From a virus (Duplodnaviria; Heunggongvirae; Uroviricota; Caudoviricetes), in IMG/VR virus record IMGVR_UViG_3300025364_000002: a stretch of 64,000 nucleotides of DNA. One strand, given 5' to 3'. Numbering within the stretch: the stretch's first letter is position 1; the number at the start of each line of letters is the position of its first letter. The notes below the pieces were generated by a model. It had not been told where the DNA came from, did no database searches, and worked only from the letters and a program-made list of their open reading frames with translations. Both the position numbers and the translations under genes were made by a program. Shown piece after piece: positions 55,874-64,000 of the stretch.

Positions 55874-56109
55874 TTATTGAAATCTTTCTTACTGAGAATT
55901 TGCCAAACTACTTTAGCACCTAGGAGCCAAATATAAACCCCTGCTCCACCAATATCAAGCAATTCTATCAACAGAACAATGGTTTCTGGTTCTATAAGAG
56001 CATGATCAACGTGTGTGATAGTTCTTTCATATCTTCCCCAGGGATCTGTCTTCATGGCTAAAGAACGACCTATTGCCTTGAAAAGCATCCCTGGTTTTAA
56101 ACTTGTCAC
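55852..56109 (-). CDS. Hypothetical protein (first gene of this minus-strand run)
   Basis: 85-aa ORF followed upstream by an AT-rich divergent region. Confidence 0.4.
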   Translation of the reverse strand: MTSLKPGMLFKAIGRSLAMKTDPWGRYERTITHVDHALIEPETIVLLIELLDIGGAGVYIWLLGAKVVWQILSKKDFNKCWKMIR

Positions 56110-56317
56110 TCATATAAAGAGTAACAAAATATAAAATGTTCTATTTGTTGTCGTTGTCAATGCTTTGCCCTTAGTGTGTCACATTGCAAAATATACATAA
56201 AACATTGTTGCTTTATAACATATGTGAATATCAACCTTTCCACATAGTAGACCATGTAACCAATTTCATACAAATTTATTAGTTTATATTTTATACAGAC
56301 TAAACTATACATAAAGC
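56110..56317. promoter_or_regulatory. AT-rich divergent intergenic region likely carrying promoters for both the minus-strand array and the plus gene 56318..57154
   Basis: 208 bp non-coding, ~75% A+T, flanked by divergently oriented starts. Confidence 0.45.
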
Positions 56318-57154
56318 ATGGCGAACTCACCTTTAAAAAAGTACGGCTACATCTGGCACAACGAAAATGGGTTTTGGACTACAAAAGTAGACGAAAAATA
56401 TGAAGCTACAGCATGGGAGTTTGGTGACAGATTTCAGTGCGTGGTTCAGGTAACCAATTTAAATGATCCAAAAAAAGAAAAAGTGAGCCTTGGATTGGAA
56501 ATGAACGACAGCCTAGATAAGGCAATGAAACACTGTCTTGACTTCATTGAAACCCATCGAAACACTACACCGCCCAACGCCGAAGAAATGATTTTGAAAA
56601 CACACAAAGACTGGCCTCACTTATACAAGTATAGACATCAATTATTAAATCAAATCTTTTTTGTTGGTGGAAATGATTATGATTGGTTGGATGGTAGAAT
56701 TGTTAGCAATTCCCCTGAGGAAGACCATAAAACCTGGACTATGAAGCAGGAACCCATCTTTGAAGAAGAAACTAGTAAGGAACTTATTTCTTTAGTTGAA
56801 GATTTACTGAACTCCAATCCAGAAAATGAAGAAATAAAGGACTTGGCTAATAACATTTTATGTGCTGCGAAATCACAACAAGAACACATAAAAGAACAAC
56901 AAACTCTAAAAAAGAAAGTTCCCTTTAAAGAAGGAAATTCATCAAGTCCAATTAATTTTTCTAACATCTCTGAATATTCGAAAATTTGGACTGTTCCAAC
57001 TGATATAACAGATGATTGGCTTGCAATTTGCGCCGAGGCTATCCTATTATTAAAGCAACGAAATTCAAACGAAAACAATGAAGGTCAAGCAGATTTACTG
57101 ATCAAGCATTATGTCGCCCTGTTCGGTGAACGATTCATTCACCTTCTTAAATAA
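56318..57154 (+). CDS. Hypothetical protein on plus strand
   Basis: 278-aa ORF starting right after the AT-rich region. Confidence 0.55.
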   Translation: MANSPLKKYGYIWHNENGFWTTKVDEKYEATAWEFGDRFQCVVQVTNLNDPKKEKVSLGLEMNDSLDKAMKHCLDFIETHRNTTPPNAEEMILKTHKDWPHLYKYRHQLLNQIFFVGGNDYDWLDGRIVSNSPEEDHKTWTMKQEPIFEEETSKELISLVEDLLNSNPENEEIKDLANNILCAAKSQQEHIKEQQTLKKKVPFKEGNSSSPINFSNISEYSKIWTVPTDITDDWLAICAEAILLLKQRNSNENNEGQADLLIKHYVALFGERFIHLLK

Positions 57155-57547
57155 TTTAAGTTTTGTGGGCAAGTAGTTTTCATAACTTTCCCATATTTCT
57201 TGTGCTATACTAGCAGACACATACCAATCTGCGCTGTCACATCGTGGAATGACATATTTTTGATGCTCCGGCATGTCTACGACTATACTACCTTTTATAA
57301 GGCGCTCTTCCCATAAAAATTTAAACGTAATCTCAAAATACCATTGTTCGCCATGTAATGGTCTTGACAAAAATGAGTTTATGTTAGGAATTCTTCTCGA
57401 AAGTGTAGACATTCTAAAAGGCGAAACTTCCCAGTTTAAAAACAAGAGCACCGCATCCATTGAAGGAATGGTAAACAAATTCCATCTGACATGGTGCTCA
57501 CTAACGGGATCGTAATTAATCCTGTATAACTTTCCAATCTCAAGCAT
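57095..57547 (-). CDS. Hypothetical protein (3' end overlaps the convergent plus gene by 60 nt)
   Basis: 150-aa ORF. Confidence 0.45.
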   Translation of the reverse strand: MLEIGKLYRINYDPVSEHHVRWNLFTIPSMDAVLLFLNWEVSPFRMSTLSRRIPNINSFLSRPLHGEQWYFEITFKFLWEERLIKGSIVVDMPEHQKYVIPRCDSADWYVSASIAQEIWESYENYLPTKLKLFKKVNESFTEQGDIMLDQ

Positions 57548-57827
57548 TCATCAAACCTGTATTGACACCATCAGGATCAAGTTCAAATTCAAATCCAGTG
57601 TCAACCTTTTGGGCATAATAAACTTGCTCTCTCCAGAGAAAGGATATATTTTCTTCGTACGAAATGTTCATCTCGTAGTACAAAAGAAGAATAAATTCGC
57701 CACGTGGAATTTTTACTTTTGATGACAACCCATCAACATGAGCTTCAATTCTGGTTCTGGTTTTCCAGAGAGCCCCTCGTCTATAACATGGATTATCATC
57801 CGCCATCGCCTTCGTCCGAGAAATCAT
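57540..57827 (-). CDS. Hypothetical protein
   Basis: 95-aa ORF. Confidence 0.4.
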   Translation of the reverse strand: MISRTKAMADDNPCYRRGALWKTRTRIEAHVDGLSSKVKIPRGEFILLLYYEMNISYEENISFLWREQVYYAQKVDTGFEFELDPDGVNTGLMNA

Positions 57828-58170
57828 TTAATAATCTTGACTTCAACTTTTTAATAGTCTCGCCCTTTTTGAAAACAATGGCTACCATTTCTTCTTTGTG
57901 AAGGAACCGAAGAAGATGACTTCTCATATATGGATCATAAACAACATCTACAAATAGAGTAGGCTCACCCGCAGGAACGGTATAATGTTGAAAATAATGA
58001 CCACGTGGCACAGCTACCACAACACCACGTTCATCCACACCAACATTATATTTGGCAAAATACATTGGCTCTTTAAACACGAACAAGGTGCCCGAACCAA
58101 TGTTGTGGTCTTTTTCCATACACTGCATGATCATTTGGCAACGCTTGATATGTTTGTGCTTAATAGCCAT
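57796..58170 (-). CDS. Hypothetical protein
   Basis: 124-aa ORF. Confidence 0.45.
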   Translation of the reverse strand: MAIKHKHIKRCQMIMQCMEKDHNIGSGTLFVFKEPMYFAKYNVGVDERGVVVAVPRGHYFQHYTVPAGEPTLFVDVVYDPYMRSHLLRFLHKEEMVAIVFKKGETIKKLKSRLLNDFSDEGDGG

Positions 58171-58545
58171 CTATTCCTTCTCTTTAACTACACGAACATT
58201 ACGCATAAAATCTCTAAGGAAAGAAGATTGGGTGACTGGAAAGAGCAACACTAACTCTCCATAAAGGAACTTGTGAACGAAGTGAAGGCCAGGTTGAAAA
58301 AGAATTCCCTCGTCGTCATTCATTTCCTCCATACCAAGATACAACAGAAGCTCTCCTAATTTAACTTCAATTTTTGTTACGCTTATTGAATTCAAATTAT
58401 CTTCTCTGGTCCAAAAGGAATTTTTTATCGTATCTCCCATACTGTAAGGGAGGCGCTCAACTAGGACACCGGGCTCAGCATCAACTGAGCACATTCGTGC
58501 TCTTAATTCAGAAAGTAGGGATTTCTTGTTCTCCGACAACTTCAA
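58171..58545 (-). CDS. Hypothetical protein
   Basis: 124-aa ORF. Confidence 0.45.
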   Translation of the reverse strand: MKLSENKKSLLSELRARMCSVDAEPGVLVERLPYSMGDTIKNSFWTREDNLNSISVTKIEVKLGELLLYLGMEEMNDDEGILFQPGLHFVHKFLYGELVLLFPVTQSSFLRDFMRNVRVVKEKE

Positions 58546-58921
58546 AAATTTCCTCTAGTTTGGAGTTTGCCTCCCCATCCAAGCCATCTAATGACCAAAA
58601 TAGAATTTTGTTATGGAATAGCCACTTTAGAACTTGGTACTCCTGCTGAAGGAATTTGTGTTCAGCATCTTCAGCTGAAACTTCAACTTCGCTTGGCCCA
58701 AGAAACAATAGAACTTCGCCAGGATTCACAGCTTCCCAACCATTTCTGCCAGAAACATATTCTTTAGTAACTGATTCATTTTCATCAGTTAGGTATTGAA
58801 CAATGGCTGGCGATGGTCCATCAACCCAGAAAATCTTCTTATTATTCGATTTCAGCTTGTGTAGCTGACCTTGCTTGAAGCCCAAGCTCTCAAGTTTTGA
58901 GTTTATTTTTTCTCTATTCAT
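58508..58921 (-). CDS. Hypothetical protein
   Basis: 137-aa ORF. Confidence 0.45.
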   Translation of the reverse strand: MNREKINSKLESLGFKQGQLHKLKSNNKKIFWVDGPSPAIVQYLTDENESVTKEYVSGRNGWEAVNPGEVLLFLGPSEVEVSAEDAEHKFLQQEYQVLKWLFHNKILFWSLDGLDGEANSKLEEIFEVVGEQEIPTF

Positions 58922-59277
58922 TTTACCTCGAACTCATTTTTGATTTTCCAATCACCAAAACGTGATGATGGTACAAAAAATATTTGCTCTTCTATTAGAA
59001 ATTCATACCAAAAATCCCAAAATTGGTCAACCTTTCGACGAATACCATGAGCATTTATGAACATTAAGATGGTTCCTTCAGCCAAAGGACCGTTCAACAT
59101 TTCCATTGCCAAAGGCGTTGATATTTCCTCTATTTTCTCTTGAAGTTGTTCAATAGTAATACGAACATAGGGTAAAGTTGCACCATTTTTAGCAATTAAA
59201 AGACGACCTGGTGCTATACCCCTGTTGGCCAAACAATCAAGAAGGCTTTGCCTTATTTCTTCCTTAGACACCATCAC
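58918..59277 (-). CDS. Hypothetical protein
   Basis: 119-aa ORF. Confidence 0.45.
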   Translation of the reverse strand: MMVSKEEIRQSLLDCLANRGIAPGRLLIAKNGATLPYVRITIEQLQEKIEEISTPLAMEMLNGPLAEGTILMFINAHGIRRKVDQFWDFWYEFLIEEQIFFVPSSRFGDWKIKNEFEVK

Positions 59278-59741
59278 AACAAGACTTTAAACCTGTCACG
59301 AAAATCCGTACTAAAGCCGTTGAAATTTGCGTTTTTATAAATGTAAAAAATTTTTTGGTCCCACAAAACCTTCAAAGTAATTGCATCATAATTTTGGTCA
59401 TGCTCAACACCCAAAAACATCACAATAGAATTTTCAGGAATCTTGTGCCAATCTGGACGATATTCTTTCATGGAAATTTCAGTTCGAGCATTCATCTCAA
59501 TTTCGGTTCGCAATAACGAGCCCTCTTTGACTTTATAATGCTTTAACATTAGGGCACGGGCCCTTTTAAGTTCACGAGTAATTCGTTCTTGGTTCAGCAA
59601 TTTATAACTCATACCAATTGCTTTATTAAGCAAAATATTTTGAGGGTTGTTAGATAAAACAAAACCTTCAACAAAGTTGAAGGTTTTGCAGTATATAAAA
59701 TTTATCGTTTCACGAACAGTTTTTAGTCCTATCACTACCAT
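59274..59741 (-). CDS. Hypothetical protein
   Basis: 155-aa ORF. Confidence 0.45.
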   Translation of the reverse strand: MVVIGLKTVRETINFIYCKTFNFVEGFVLSNNPQNILLNKAIGMSYKLLNQERITRELKRARALMLKHYKVKEGSLLRTEIEMNARTEISMKEYRPDWHKIPENSIVMFLGVEHDQNYDAITLKVLWDQKIFYIYKNANFNGFSTDFRDRFKVLL

Positions 59742-60096
59742 AGTCCTTAGTCAAGCGGCGAGGAACTGCCTTGACAAGCTCATGGTTGTATTGTCTGTTT
59801 GTCAGGTACATAAAATAGAGCTTTTCCTCCAGGAGGAAGGACACCTTCCACATTTCTTTATCAGGGTAACGTTGAAGGTGCCGAGGAAGATTGCCAATCT
59901 TCTTCTTATCAAGAAACTCTGGATCTGCCGTCAGTAGAATCGGAACACCACGTTCTAGCTGACTTACGAAGTTACCGTATGACTTACGTTTATCATCATT
60001 AGCAGGATCGTAGAAGGGAATAGCGCCAGACCTGACGTTCTTCCGTGATAGCATAACCAGCTTTCCCTTCGTAAAGCGAGGCTTTGTATTAGACAT
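59710..60096 (-). CDS. Hypothetical protein
   Basis: 128-aa ORF. Confidence 0.45.
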   Translation of the reverse strand: MSNTKPRFTKGKLVMLSRKNVRSGAIPFYDPANDDKRKSYGNFVSQLERGVPILLTADPEFLDKKKIGNLPRHLQRYPDKEMWKVSFLLEEKLYFMYLTNRQYNHELVKAVPRRLTKDYGSDRTKNCS

Positions 60097-60195
60097 TGCT
60101 ATTCCTTGGTGGTTAGAAGATGAATCTAAACAAGCTTAGCACAGAGGCACTACGTTTTAAACCAAATAGGATTTTTCTACATTGAGAATTTACAT

Positions 60196-60600
60196 CTATT
60201 TGTCAAAGTTGTCCCCTTTAGAATCTTTTTCAAGAAGGTTAACTTTGGACTTTTTTGCTGAACGTTTTGAGCGTTTTTTGGGTTTTGACACAGACTCCTC
60301 GTCGAGCTTGTCAGCGGTTTCAGACTTTTCTTTTGTTGACCCCTCCAGAGAATTTATCTCTTCAAGTTCCGGCTTTTTGTCAACTTTTTTTTGCTTTGTT
60401 TCCAACTCAACTTTAGCAAGATATTTCTCCGCTTCTTTGCGAAAAACATCTGTAACCAAGTGCTCTTTTTCAAGGAATTGAATAAGCTCATTGAGCTTTT
60501 TTCTTGTATTAATATCATGCTGTGCTAGGAAATCCGAAACTGTTCTACGTCTCTTTTTCAAAACAACATAATAATCAGGTTTTCCTACTTCAATTGCCAT
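60196..60600 (-). CDS. Lys/Glu-rich hypothetical protein
   Basis: 134-aa ORF with KE-rich low-complexity C-terminus. Confidence 0.4.
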   Translation of the reverse strand: MAIEVGKPDYYVVLKKRRRTVSDFLAQHDINTRKKLNELIQFLEKEHLVTDVFRKEAEKYLAKVELETKQKKVDKKPELEEINSLEGSTKEKSETADKLDEESVSKPKKRSKRSAKKSKVNLLEKDSKGDNFDK

Positions 60601-60868
60601 TTGGGTGATCTTTCTGGGCTAAATAAAGCACATCGGCAAGTGCTGTATGCACAGATTGGTCCTTGGCCAATGCCTTCATCTCCGCTTCAGGAATTTTTAC
60701 TCCTACACGTTCAGCAGAGTAATTAAGTAGCTTTTTAATTGCAGAAATCAAAACATTACGAGCAGTAGCATGATTCATCTTATAACCATTATTGGTCATA
60801 ATCTTGGCAATCGTTCGAAAATCGGTTCCTTCTTCAACGGTCACATACTTCTTTTGTTTATTTGCCAT
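60590..60868 (-). CDS. Small helix-turn-helix-like protein
   Basis: TDFRTIAKIMTNNGYKMNHATARNVLISAIKKL resembles an HTH DNA-binding unit. Confidence 0.4.
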   Translation of the reverse strand: MANKQKKYVTVEEGTDFRTIAKIMTNNGYKMNHATARNVLISAIKKLLNYSAERVGVKIPEAEMKALAKDQSVHTALADVLYLAQKDHPNGN

Positions 60869-60874
60869 ATTCCC

Positions 60875-61237
60875 TCAGTTTGTTTGCTTCTGTCTTTCTT
60901 TAGCTTTGGTAAGAATGCTTTCAATATTTGCTTTATAAAGCGCTGTAAACATTTTTACAGGCTTAGAAATATTAAGCTCAGGGACTGTTGACGCCCTATC
61001 ATTTTCAAGTCCCCTAATTTGAAAAAGCTCAGGATAACTGCCTATTTTATGTTCACTTGTTAGGTGAAAATGTTCAGGAGCTATTGTTTCTAAATAATCT
61101 TCTATTGGAACGATTAAACTTCCTGTTTTTATTGTTTCAGCCTTTGAATCCAATGAAGTAACATCTTTATCATTTTGGATGGTAGATAGTATTAAGTTAA
61201 CGTAATTTTTATCCTGCTTTTTGCTCATATTTTTCAC
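60875..61237 (-). CDS. Hypothetical protein
   Basis: 120-aa ORF. Confidence 0.4.
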   Translation of the reverse strand: MKNMSKKQDKNYVNLILSTIQNDKDVTSLDSKAETIKTGSLIVPIEDYLETIAPEHFHLTSEHKIGSYPELFQIRGLENDRASTVPELNISKPVKMFTALYKANIESILTKAKERQKQTN

Positions 61238-62006
61238 TCTCTACTAGAGAATCAACCTCTTCTTCGCCAACAACATCAAAACGTAGAAGTAAAATAAGCC
61301 TCTCTCTCTCCGATAGAAGCTTAAGACCCTCAGAAACTATGTCAACAAGCTTTGCTTGATCGAAAAGCCTGTCAAGACTTGGCTTATTTTCTGGCAAAAT
61401 ATCCTTAAGCGTTCCCGAGTCTTGTTCATTCCCATTGGAAATGGGTTGTTCAATGGATGATATGTATTTTGAACGTATTGCACTTTGCACTGAGCGCATC
61501 ATTTTTTCAGATACGCTTTCGCCATTAACTTCAATGTTGTCATACCCACTCTCAATTAAACTTTGAAAGGTCTGGTTTTCTTCTTTGAGTTTTCGAATTA
61601 TTTTATTATGTTGAGTTCTTACATGGCTTGGTACATGAATCATTGGCTCAATATTAATAAGATAGTTATTGACAGCTTGTCGAATCCACCAGGTCGCATA
61701 AGTTGAAAACTTGTAACCAAGCTCCACATTGAAACCATCAATAGCCGAAAGCAGTCCTATTGTTCCTTCTTGTAAGAGATCTTCACGATACTTCTTATGT
61801 TCTTTCTTTGAAGAATAATATTTGTTTACTATGTAAGTAACTAAAGCTTGATTATTGCGTGCAAGACTGTTTCTGACTTTGATAACCTTTGAATCTTTTT
61901 GATCCAAAATCTTCTTCTCTACGAGTCCTTTGAGCTTTGCGTACTCTACAAATAAATCTTTATCATTAATATGTGCTTTACTTTTACCGCTCATGGTTTC
62001 CTTCAT
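61209..62006 (-). CDS. Sigma-70 family RNA polymerase sigma factor
   Basis: Region 2 [16 protein letters not shown] and region 4 [13 protein letters not shown]. Confidence 0.75.
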   Translation of the reverse strand: MKETMSGKSKAHINDKDLFVEYAKLKGLVEKKILDQKDSKVIKVRNSLARNNQALVTYIVNKYYSSKKEHKKYREDLLQEGTIGLLSAIDGFNVELGYKFSTYATWWIRQAVNNYLINIEPMIHVPSHVRTQHNKIIRKLKEENQTFQSLIESGYDNIEVNGESVSEKMMRSVQSAIRSKYISSIEQPISNGNEQDSGTLKDILPENKPSLDRLFDQAKLVDIVSEGLKLLSERERLILLLRFDVVGEEEVDSLVESEKYEQKAG

Positions 62007-62431
62007 TGTTTATTTTTAATCCAAGCTAAATAAGTGCCTATGCATTTTGTTTTTGTTATCTCAAACTTGCGTCTATCAACATTTATGCCAAGTCGATTAG
62101 CCAATTTAAGACCTTCACGCCATGCGTCAAGTTCTTCCTGAAGAATTGCTAATTTATATGTTGCACTAGATCTGCTAAATCCATCAAAAATCTCGTTGTA
62201 TTCAACGTCATATCTTTTCTTTTTTAAAGTGATATAGTGACCGATCTCGTGCAATAAACAGTAAAGTGAAACTTCATCAGAATGATGATCGCCAATAACA
62301 ATTCTTTTTTCAATGAAATTGATGGAATCATGTGGCACAGGCTGGTATAAAACTGCGTACCCTTTTTGGTTGCAATACCGTTCAAGTTTTCTTAATTCAA
62401 GGAGCCAATCAATAGATTTAAATTCGCTCAT
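62003..62431 (-). CDS. HExxH zinc-metallopeptidase-like protein (ImmA/IrrE-type?)
   Basis: [10 protein letters not shown] motif in 142 aa; translationally coupled to the sigma-factor gene. Confidence 0.45.
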   Translation of the reverse strand: MSEFKSIDWLLELRKLERYCNQKGYAVLYQPVPHDSINFIEKRIVIGDHHSDEVSLYCLLHEIGHYITLKKKRYDVEYNEIFDGFSRSSATYKLAILQEELDAWREGLKLANRLGINVDRRKFEITKTKCIGTYLAWIKNKQ

Positions 62432-62501
62432 GAATTCACTCTATCTTTTACTTTTTCTTCTATAAACTACATTGTTTATCGATTAATTAAACTAAGAATC
62501 T

Positions 62502-62876
62502 TTAATTGCACTCGGCATCATATTGTCTAATAAATTGTTCCATATAACGGCGTCGCCTCTCTTCCGCAGATGGAGTTGTATTCCAATCAAAATCTGGCTC
62601 AAGAAAGCGTCGATATATCTCAACACTCTCTCGATTATCTTCACAAAAATTCTCCAAATCTCTTTGAATAACTTGCTGCGGTTCAACCTGTCGTGGTTGT
62701 TCGCTTCCAGCTGAAGACCAGCTTGGCCCAGCATTCCAGGGAAGGTATGGTTTATCACAACCAACGCAACCCAAAGCAATCAAGAATGCAGCAAGAATTA
62801 TTCCAACTTCAACCAATAAGACTAAAGGCATTGTTAAGATTTTTTTTCTAGCTCTTTTTCTGTCAAACAATATCAT
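62502..62876 (-). CDS. Membrane-anchored hypothetical protein
   Basis: N-terminal TM helix (LVLLVEVGIILAAFLIALG). Confidence 0.4.
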   Translation of the reverse strand: MILFDRKRARKKILTMPLVLLVEVGIILAAFLIALGCVGCDKPYLPWNAGPSWSSAGSEQPRQVEPQQVIQRDLENFCEDNRESVEIYRRFLEPDFDWNTTPSAEERRRRYMEQFIRQYDAECN

Positions 62877-62982
62877 AAATTATCCACTCTTCCAAAGAAG
62901 ATAAACCAAAACATTAACCAAATAAACCAGACATAAAAAAACTGTGCTCAATGCACAGTTTTTTATAAACATGTCGTCGACA

Positions 62983-63363
62983 TTATTCAGTTTGCTCTGC
63001 TGGTTGTTCTTGAGTTTGTTGCTGTCTCATGGCAGCATTGAACTCTTCAGCAGCTTGCCTGACAGCTTCACCAACACCAACAATTGGCGGCAAGAGTTCC
63101 ACGCCATCTCCTTCACGTAGACAATGGTTTTCGTAAACAGAAACTACGTTACAATACGCACCCATGGTCCTGCAAAGCGCATTTGCTTGTTGGTAAACAC
63201 CAAGATTCAAGCTGCAATCTAAGGAGGCGGTGTCTCCATCAGCCATTTCTTGTCTTAGTTCATCTTGACTTGCTCTCAACTCTCTTCGCATTTCATCTTG
63301 AGATACGTGACCACACCCGAAAGCAAAAAGAGCAAAAAATAATGTTATTAACGCATTTTTCAT
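62983..63363 (-). CDS. Putative lipoprotein/secreted Cys-containing protein
   Basis: Signal peptide with lipobox-like FAFGCGH. Confidence 0.45.
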   Translation of the reverse strand: MKNALITLFFALFAFGCGHVSQDEMRRELRASQDELRQEMADGDTASLDCSLNLGVYQQANALCRTMGAYCNVVSVYENHCLREGDGVELLPPIVGVGEAVRQAAEEFNAAMRQQQTQEQPAEQTE

Positions 63364-63399
63364 TTCATTTATCCTTTGATACTAAACAACTAATAGAGT

Positions 63400-63630
63400 T
63401 TACTCTATCAATCTTGGTTTTGGACAATGAAATATTTGGATAGGTCGGCCTCTGTAGGTTTGAGGAAGTCTCTTAAATTGTTTTTTGCTTGAACAATACA
63501 AATACCAAATTGGATTATTTTTATTATTGTAACCTTGACCAACTGCCCATGTGGTTCCACTGGATGCCTTTTGAGCAATGTTTAAAAGTTCTTGACAAGG
63601 AGTTGGGGGTGGAGTTGTGACTACAATCAT
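63400..63630 (-). CDS. Small hypothetical protein
   Basis: 76-aa ORF. Confidence 0.35.
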   Translation of the reverse strand: MIVVTTPPPTPCQELLNIAQKASSGTTWAVGQGYNNKNNPIWYLYCSSKKQFKRLPQTYRGRPIQIFHCPKPRLIE

Positions 63631-63684
63631 AACATTTCCTCTATAAAGAGGCTACCACTCATCCTTTCAATCTAAACAGATTTT

Positions 63685-63948
63685 CTATCGACATCGTACA
63701 TTGGCCCATCCTTGGATAAACGAGTTGGTTGAATCAGTTTCGACTCGCAATTGCACACTTCGACCCGATAAAATTGTTGTTTGTCCCCAATTTTCTAATA
63801 AAATTCCAGTCTGGGTTCTTCCATAAACACGGCCTTCACAGAATATACTTCTATTTCTACTATTCGTTATGATTGCTGTAACTACTGTTTCACTAATTTC
63901 CACCTCTGCTTCCGCTTGCCACCAAGCTAAAGCAATAGAAGAACTCAT
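63685..63948 (-). CDS. Small hypothetical protein
   Basis: 87-aa ORF. Confidence 0.35.
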   Translation of the reverse strand: MSSSIALAWWQAEAEVEISETVVTAIITNSRNRSIFCEGRVYGRTQTGILLENWGQTTILSGRSVQLRVETDSTNSFIQGWANVRCR

Positions 63949-64000
63949 AAATATGATAATTGCAAACAGTACAGAAGCACCGGTCTTTAAAAGATTATTG

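Noticed and set aside
57095-57154. 60-nt convergent overlap between plus gene 56318..57154 and minus gene 57095..57547
   Set aside because: Both ORF ends are fixed by stop codons, so the overlap is real if both are genes. It is probably benign 3' overlap or one ORF is spurious; not treated as a feature
1-64000. CRISPR arrays, integrase/attachment sites, large direct repeats
   Set aside because: No spaced direct-repeat arrays, no tyrosine/serine recombinase motifs and no long duplicated segments were seen. The tRNA-like fragments are noted separately, not as att sites

Overview
The window is a dense, mostly minus-strand gene array with bacterial-type ribosome-binding sites and hairpin plus T-run terminators, which together look like a large (jumbo-type) bacteriophage genome. 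Most of its many small ORFs have no recognisable function. The recognisable content is dominated by RNA and translation functions. These are two RNA ligases (one Rnl1-like, one Rnl2/Rnl5-like), a full class-II lysyl-tRNA synthetase, a truncated GluRS of the glutamyl-Q type (YadB-like), and a truncated class-IIa aaRS-like core. There is a clean tRNA-Leu(CAA), a tRNA with anticodon UUA (an ochre suppressor), and several tRNA-like T-arm/acceptor elements. A DEDDh exonuclease, MazG-like domains and a metallophosphoesterase are also present.

A higher-GC island at about 30.5-38 kb carries NAD/ADP-ribose metabolism genes. These are a NadV-like nicotinamide phosphoribosyltransferase, a minimal nucleotidyltransferase, an ADP-ribosylglycohydrolase, a Rossmann-like protein, an IscA-type Fe-S carrier, an SPFH protein and a ParB-like nuclease-domain protein. 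A Nudix hydrolase lies elsewhere.

Selfish elements and DNA-modification genes are also present. An MT-A70 methyltransferase sits 2.2 kb upstream of a DPPF-type methyltransferase. That second gene is preceded by a GIY-YIG homing endonuclease and by the N-terminal remnant of another methyltransferase. The Rnl2/5-like RNA ligase gene is fractured by a split mini-intein (IntN 103 aa, IntC 36 aa), with a free-standing Vsr-like homing endonuclease between the halves.

Other notable genes are two paralogous M23 peptidases, a GroES homologue, a sigma-70 family sigma factor next to an HExxH metallopeptidase-like protein, a VanW-like secreted protein, and an ATP-grasp enzyme. A three-member paralogue family flanks the tRNA cluster. 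Its third copy carries a single in-frame TAA about 2 kb from the UUA-anticodon tRNA. No CRISPR array or large repeat family was seen.
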